DNA from: Candidatus Micrarchaeota archaeon
GTDB taxonomy: Archaea; Micrarchaeota; Micrarchaeia; Norongarragalinales; SBBD01
DNA length: 19,251 nucleotides
Direction: 5' to 3'
Assembly: GCA_038046605.1 (NCBI GenBank)
Contig: JBBSVW010000016.1
Coordinates: 1 to 19,251 of the forward strand
Positions 15,663-19,251 of this stretch are shown here, one piece after another. The notes under the pieces were generated by a model. The model saw nothing but the letters and a program-made list of their open reading frames with translations. It ran no database searches and had not been told where the DNA came from. A program made the translations under genes and the position numbers. Positions within the stretch are counted from its first letter, which is position 1. Each line of letters opens with the position of its first letter.

Positions 15663-15683
15663 CCGGCAATCCATCTTATTCTG

Positions 15684-16208
15684 ATGATGCTAAGCCGGCT
15701 GGATATTTTGAAGGCGATAAAGAAGAAGGGGATAGGGATAACTCCATTTGACAAAAGCTGCGTTGGCGCTGTTTCTTATGATTTGCACCTGGGGAGCGAA
15801 TTCATGCTTTTCAGGAAGCACGGAAGGGCTATTTTTGTGAAGGAGGATACCATTTTGCCAAAAAACCACGCGCGGAAAGTGGTGTTGGGGCCCCATGAGG
15901 TGCTCCATTTGAAGCCGCAGCAATTCGTGCTTGGCGTCACAAAGGAAAAAATCAAATTGTCCGGAAAATATGCGGGCAGAATCGAGGGCAGGAGCCGGTT
16001 TGCACGGCTTGGCCTCATGGTCCATATTTCATCTTCATTAATACAGCCCGGAAGCAACAATGTGCAGGTGCTGGAGATTGTCAATCTCTCGACGGTGCCG
16101 CTGATTTTGAAGCCCGGAACAAGAATCTGCCAGGTAACTTTTTTTGAAACTTCCGGAGATGAGAAGTATGCGGGCAAGTTCCGGCTGCAAAGCGGGATTA
16201 GGGTGTAG
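15684..16208 (+). CDS. dcd: dCTP deaminase family protein, about 174 aa
   Basis: MMLSRLDI start, [46 protein letters not shown], KY...Q. The ORF-track extension to 15573 is not family-like. Confidence 0.88.
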   Translation: [174 protein letters not shown]

Positions 16209-16562
16209 AGAAAAATGGAATTGCTTCATGGCTTCCTGAATCGGCCCACCTCGGCCATCCGAAAGAGGAAAACAACTATATTTACCAATTTTTGGTTATT
16301 TACAGTTAACATAAAATCATAATTTAGGTTAAGCGCACATGACACAGATTAGGGAACTAGCTTGGAAACAGGAAAATTTCAGTGATTCCGGCGTACAAAT
16401 ACCTGCTGAAATAAATTGGTGCGCACTTTCACAGCCCAGAAAATCGGAAAATTAAGCAGAATCTGATTGAATTGGGTAAAATGAGGCGAAAACAGAGCCG
16501 TTTGATAGCATACCACGAACTTGCCCCAAATTCGGTTGCCTCGCGGATAAAATGTTTAGATT

Positions 16563-16610
16563 GTTAGTAATGTTAGTATAGTTAGCAAAGATATATAAAC
16601 TTTACTAACT
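16563..16610 (+). promoter_or_regulatory. TATA box embedded in a GTTAG operator array
   Basis: GTTAG at 16563, 16572 and 16581 (9-bp period); inverted repeat AGTTAGCAAAG (16580-16590)/CTTTACTAACT (16600-16610) around ATATATAAA. Confidence 0.75.
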
Positions 16611-16621
16611 TATTATTTCCT

Positions 16622-17779
16622 ATGCGCTACAATCCGTTTAACCCGCAGAACCCCCCTCGCCCGGGCTACTTTGTCGGAAGACTGGATGAATTGCACCAGT
16701 TTGAGCAATACCTATTGCAAACGATCCATGGCTCGCCAATGAACATGAGCATTACTGGAAACAGGGGCATGGGCAAGACTTCCCTTCTGATGAAAATGGA
16801 GGAAATCTCCAAGCGGGAAAAGTGCCTCGTTTTTAGGATGTCTAACTATGAAAGTTTGGTTAGGGATATCACCGAACTTACTAACTACCTGATTCTGGGC
16901 TTGAAAAATGAATTTTATGCCAATGCCAGCGTTCAAAAGAAAATTATGCAGTTGGGAGAGTGGGCAACGACCCTAAGGCCGATAGTCAGCTATAAGGAGG
17001 CTTCCCTGACATTTGAAGAGAAAAAACTTGCCGCACAAACAATACTGCGAAATAACTTTTTGTTATTTTGGAAAAAAATCGGGAGTGAATATCCTGCAAT
17101 AGTAATTTTGATTGACGAGGCAGAATCGTTGGAAAGAATCGAAGGGGCGTTGAGCTTTCTGCGTGAAGTCTTCCAGCGCCTTTCACAGGATGCAAAATAC
17201 ATGGTAGTCTTATCTGGAAAATTGAACTTTCCCGAAAGGATGTCTGAATCTTTTTCCCCTCTGAATAGGTTTTTCCCGGCTTCGCTTCTCTCCGCTTTTT
17301 CTGAAGGTGAATCTTTTGACTACATGGAAAAAACTTTAACGTCAGTAAAGGTTGCTGCCGATAATGAAGTAAAGAAAAAAGTTTTTGAAAAAAGTGAGGG
17401 GCACCCGTACGTCTTGGTGAAAATGTGCAATGTCCTATTTAACGAGTTGGGTGATACCGAACACAAAATTACAATAAAGCACTTGGAAAAAGCATATCCA
17501 AGAATAGTGCTTGATTTAGAGAGAGATTTCTTTAACCCCATGTTCCATCCGCTCTCGCCTAAAGCCAAATCCATAGTGTTCCAGCTTCTTAAAATAGGAA
17601 AAAGAAGATTTCGATTTGCCGAAGCGGTGAAAACAACTGATTTGAAAGGGCAAGATGTGTCCCCTTACATACAAGAGCTCGTGCGAAAAGGATGCCTAAA
17701 TAAGCCAGAAAGGGCAACATACGAGTTTTTCCACCCTTTTTTTATTGACTTTCTTAAAAATCGGGCTTCGAGTGCATGA
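16622..17779 (+). CDS. AAA/STAND-like P-loop ATPase with C-terminal winged helix, 385 aa
   Basis: NPF...FVGRxxEL, Walker A GNRGMGKT, Walker B ILIDEAE, SPLNRFF, SEGHPY (GxP), C-terminal VSPYIQELVRKGCL...YEFFHPFF. Confidence 0.88.
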   Translation: MRYNPFNPQNPPRPGYFVGRLDELHQFEQYLLQTIHGSPMNMSITGNRGMGKTSLLMKMEEISKREKCLVFRMSNYESLVRDITELTNYLILGLKNEFYANASVQKKIMQLGEWATTLRPIVSYKEASLTFEEKKLAAQTILRNNFLLFWKKIGSEYPAIVILIDEAESLERIEGALSFLREVFQRLSQDAKYMVVLSGKLNFPERMSESFSPLNRFFPASLLSAFSEGESFDYMEKTLTSVKVAADNEVKKKVFEKSEGHPYVLVKMCNVLFNELGDTEHKITIKHLEKAYPRIVLDLERDFFNPMFHPLSPKAKSIVFQLLKIGKRRFRFAEAVKTTDLKGQDVSPYIQELVRKGCLNKPERATYEFFHPFFIDFLKNRASSA

Positions 17780-17808
17780 GGTTTTAGGGGCAATTTTCAG
17801 ACCTTGCC

Positions 17809-19251
17809 TTAAATCCCAATCTGCTGCTTTATCGTTTTCTTCGCAATGAGCAGGAACTTCCGAAGGGCGACATCCGTGTTTGGGAATGATGCACCGGCTG
17901 CAACTGAATGACCTCCGCCGAATCCTCCAGCCTCCTTTGTTGCAATGGACATCATTTTCCCTAAATCAAGCCCTTTTTCCACCAATCCCTTCCATGCCCT
18001 GCCGGATGCCTTAATGTCCTTATTTTCATCTATTGAAAGCGCAAGGATTGGCTTATCCCGCTCCAGCATCCCGGAATTGTAATAGCTGCCGGCAACAGAG
18101 CCGATTATTGAATCCGGGATTTCACTGCGCGCATCAAGCAGATAAAAAGCGCCCATATCCTCGGTGATTTTCTTTGCAATTGAAATGGATTTGCTGATCT
18201 CCATGCGGTGCTGCAATAGGAGGGAGTGCGCCTCCTCGTAGGCGCCAGGCTCGTTCATGCATAACTTTATTCCTATGTCGGGCTTGCCTTCCCTTCCGCA
18301 GGCGTTGAGGAGGGAGGAAAATTCGTAGGCATCATAAAGTTCGCTATCCCGCTTCTCGTGGGGGAAGAGGTACACCGGCCCGATCATGGATTTTATCACT
18401 TCATCTGCCATTTTCTTCTCATAGCAAAAGAACATGAGCGCTCCAATTAGCTTTATCCGTTCATCTTTTGGAAGGTCGTAGTAACGAAGCCATTTGCGCG
18501 ATCCGTTCTCCTCCCGGTATAGGGGAATTCCGCTCCTTTTGAGGAAGAGGGCGCAGTTCTTGGCGTTGCCCGTAAGCGTTGGAAGTAAGGGTTCGGAGGA
18601 ATAATTAAGGAAACTTACCAGGCTCCTTGAAACGCGGCCAAATAACCGAAGGTCGCGGATGGCATCAACCACTTTTAGCCTCTTTGCCTCCTCAAGCATG
18701 ATGAAATTGAGCCCGGAAAGCCCCGAAACATCCTGAACATCGCCAACGCATCCAATTATTCCAAGCTGGGCGATTCGTTTTGCGGATTCCACGGGGCAGT
18801 TTTGTGCAAAAACAAAATAGGCGGCAGATGAGCTGCACAAATAGAAGGAGCCATCGATGTTGAAATTGTGGCAATTGACAACCGAGAACCCATCGGATTT
18901 GTTCTTTATGGTTTCCGGCAAATGGTGGTCTATTTGGAGGATGCTTTTCCCGGAAAGTGCAATTTCGTTTATCTTATCCAAAAAACCCGTGCCGATGTCG
19001 ACGAAAATGACGTATTTTGCGCCGTCGGCTTTCACCGCTTCAATTACGGAATCACTCATTTTTTTTACCGTAAGCATGCGGAAGGGGATTTTCCTATCCT
19101 TTAGCGCAAGGGCAATTATGGAGCCGGATGCAAGGCCGTCGCAATCGAAATGATTCACTATAAGGACGTCCTTGAAGGTATCAAGCGTGCGCTTCCCTTC
19201 ACGGTTGGCAAAGTCGATGAAGGATTTGATGTCGCTTTCCAAAAGTCCATT
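17809..19251 (-). CDS. RecJ/GAN (Cdc45-like) DHH-DHHA1 nuclease, 5' end probably beyond the window
   Basis: HFDCDG, FVDIG, IDHH, VGDVQD, LLNACGR, ASGR, GGGHSVAAGA. The frame stays open to the window edge (NGL precedes the track's TTG). Confidence 0.9.
   Translation of the reverse strand, partial: NGLLESDIKSFIDFANREGKRTLDTFKDVLIVNHFDCDGLASGSIIALALKDRKIPFRMLTVKKMSDSVIEAVKADGAKYVIFVDIGTGFLDKINEIALSGKSILQIDHHLPETIKNKSDGFSVVNCHNFNIDGSFYLCSSSAAYFVFAQNCPVESAKRIAQLGIIGCVGDVQDVSGLSGLNFIMLEEAKRLKVVDAIRDLRLFGRVSRSLVSFLNYSSEPLLPTLTGNAKNCALFLKRSGIPLYREENGSRKWLRYYDLPKDERIKLIGALMFFCYEKKMADEVIKSMIGPVYLFPHEKRDSELYDAYEFSSLLNACGREGKPDIGIKLCMNEPGAYEEAHSLLLQHRMEISKSISIAKKITEDMGAFYLLDARSEIPDSIIGSVAGSYYNSGMLERDKPILALSIDENKDIKASGRAWKGLVEKGLDLGKMMSIATKEAGGFGGGHSVAAGASFPNTDVALRKFLLIAKKTIKQQIGI

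Noticed and set aside
15573-15683. 37-aa N-terminal extension of dcd in the ORF track
   Set aside because: Family similarity begins at MMLS (15684) and a TATA box lies within the extension.
16339-16455. 38-codon ORF and neighbouring frame fragments as a pseudogene
   Set aside because: No recognisable similarity; cannot be told apart from random intergenic sequence.

Overview
Archaeal chromosomal window, most likely DPANN (Micrarchaeota-like; inferred from GGTGA/GAGG ribosome-binding sites, TATA/BRE promoters, gene content and Cys-rich surface proteins). It encodes a KH-less beta-CASP ribonuclease, a small conserved archaeal protein, a duplicated NitT/TauT-type ABC permease with no adjacent ATPase, an orphan ORF, a PIN-ATPase-KH protein (PINA-like), two consecutive very large membrane-anchored surface proteins (1849 and 1026 aa), a dCTP-deaminase-family enzyme, an AAA/wHTH ATPase and a RecJ/GAN-like DHH nuclease cut by the right edge. 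I saw no tRNA, rRNA, CRISPR array or transposase. The strongest unexplained signals are: (1) a two-hairpin element with 9-nt complementary loops and an alternative RBS-masking fold ahead of the 1026-aa surface protein; (2) a duplicated gene start plus a three-way-junction palindromic element forming a coupled 48-codon uORF ahead of PINA; (3) an apparent ACG start codon for the beta-CASP nuclease; (4) a dcd homologue with an altered sugar pocket; (5) a permuted Cys-repeat cassette nested inside an Ig-like domain; (6) an operator array around the TATA box of the AAA ATPase. All pairings and alignments were read by eye; no folding energies or database searches were run.
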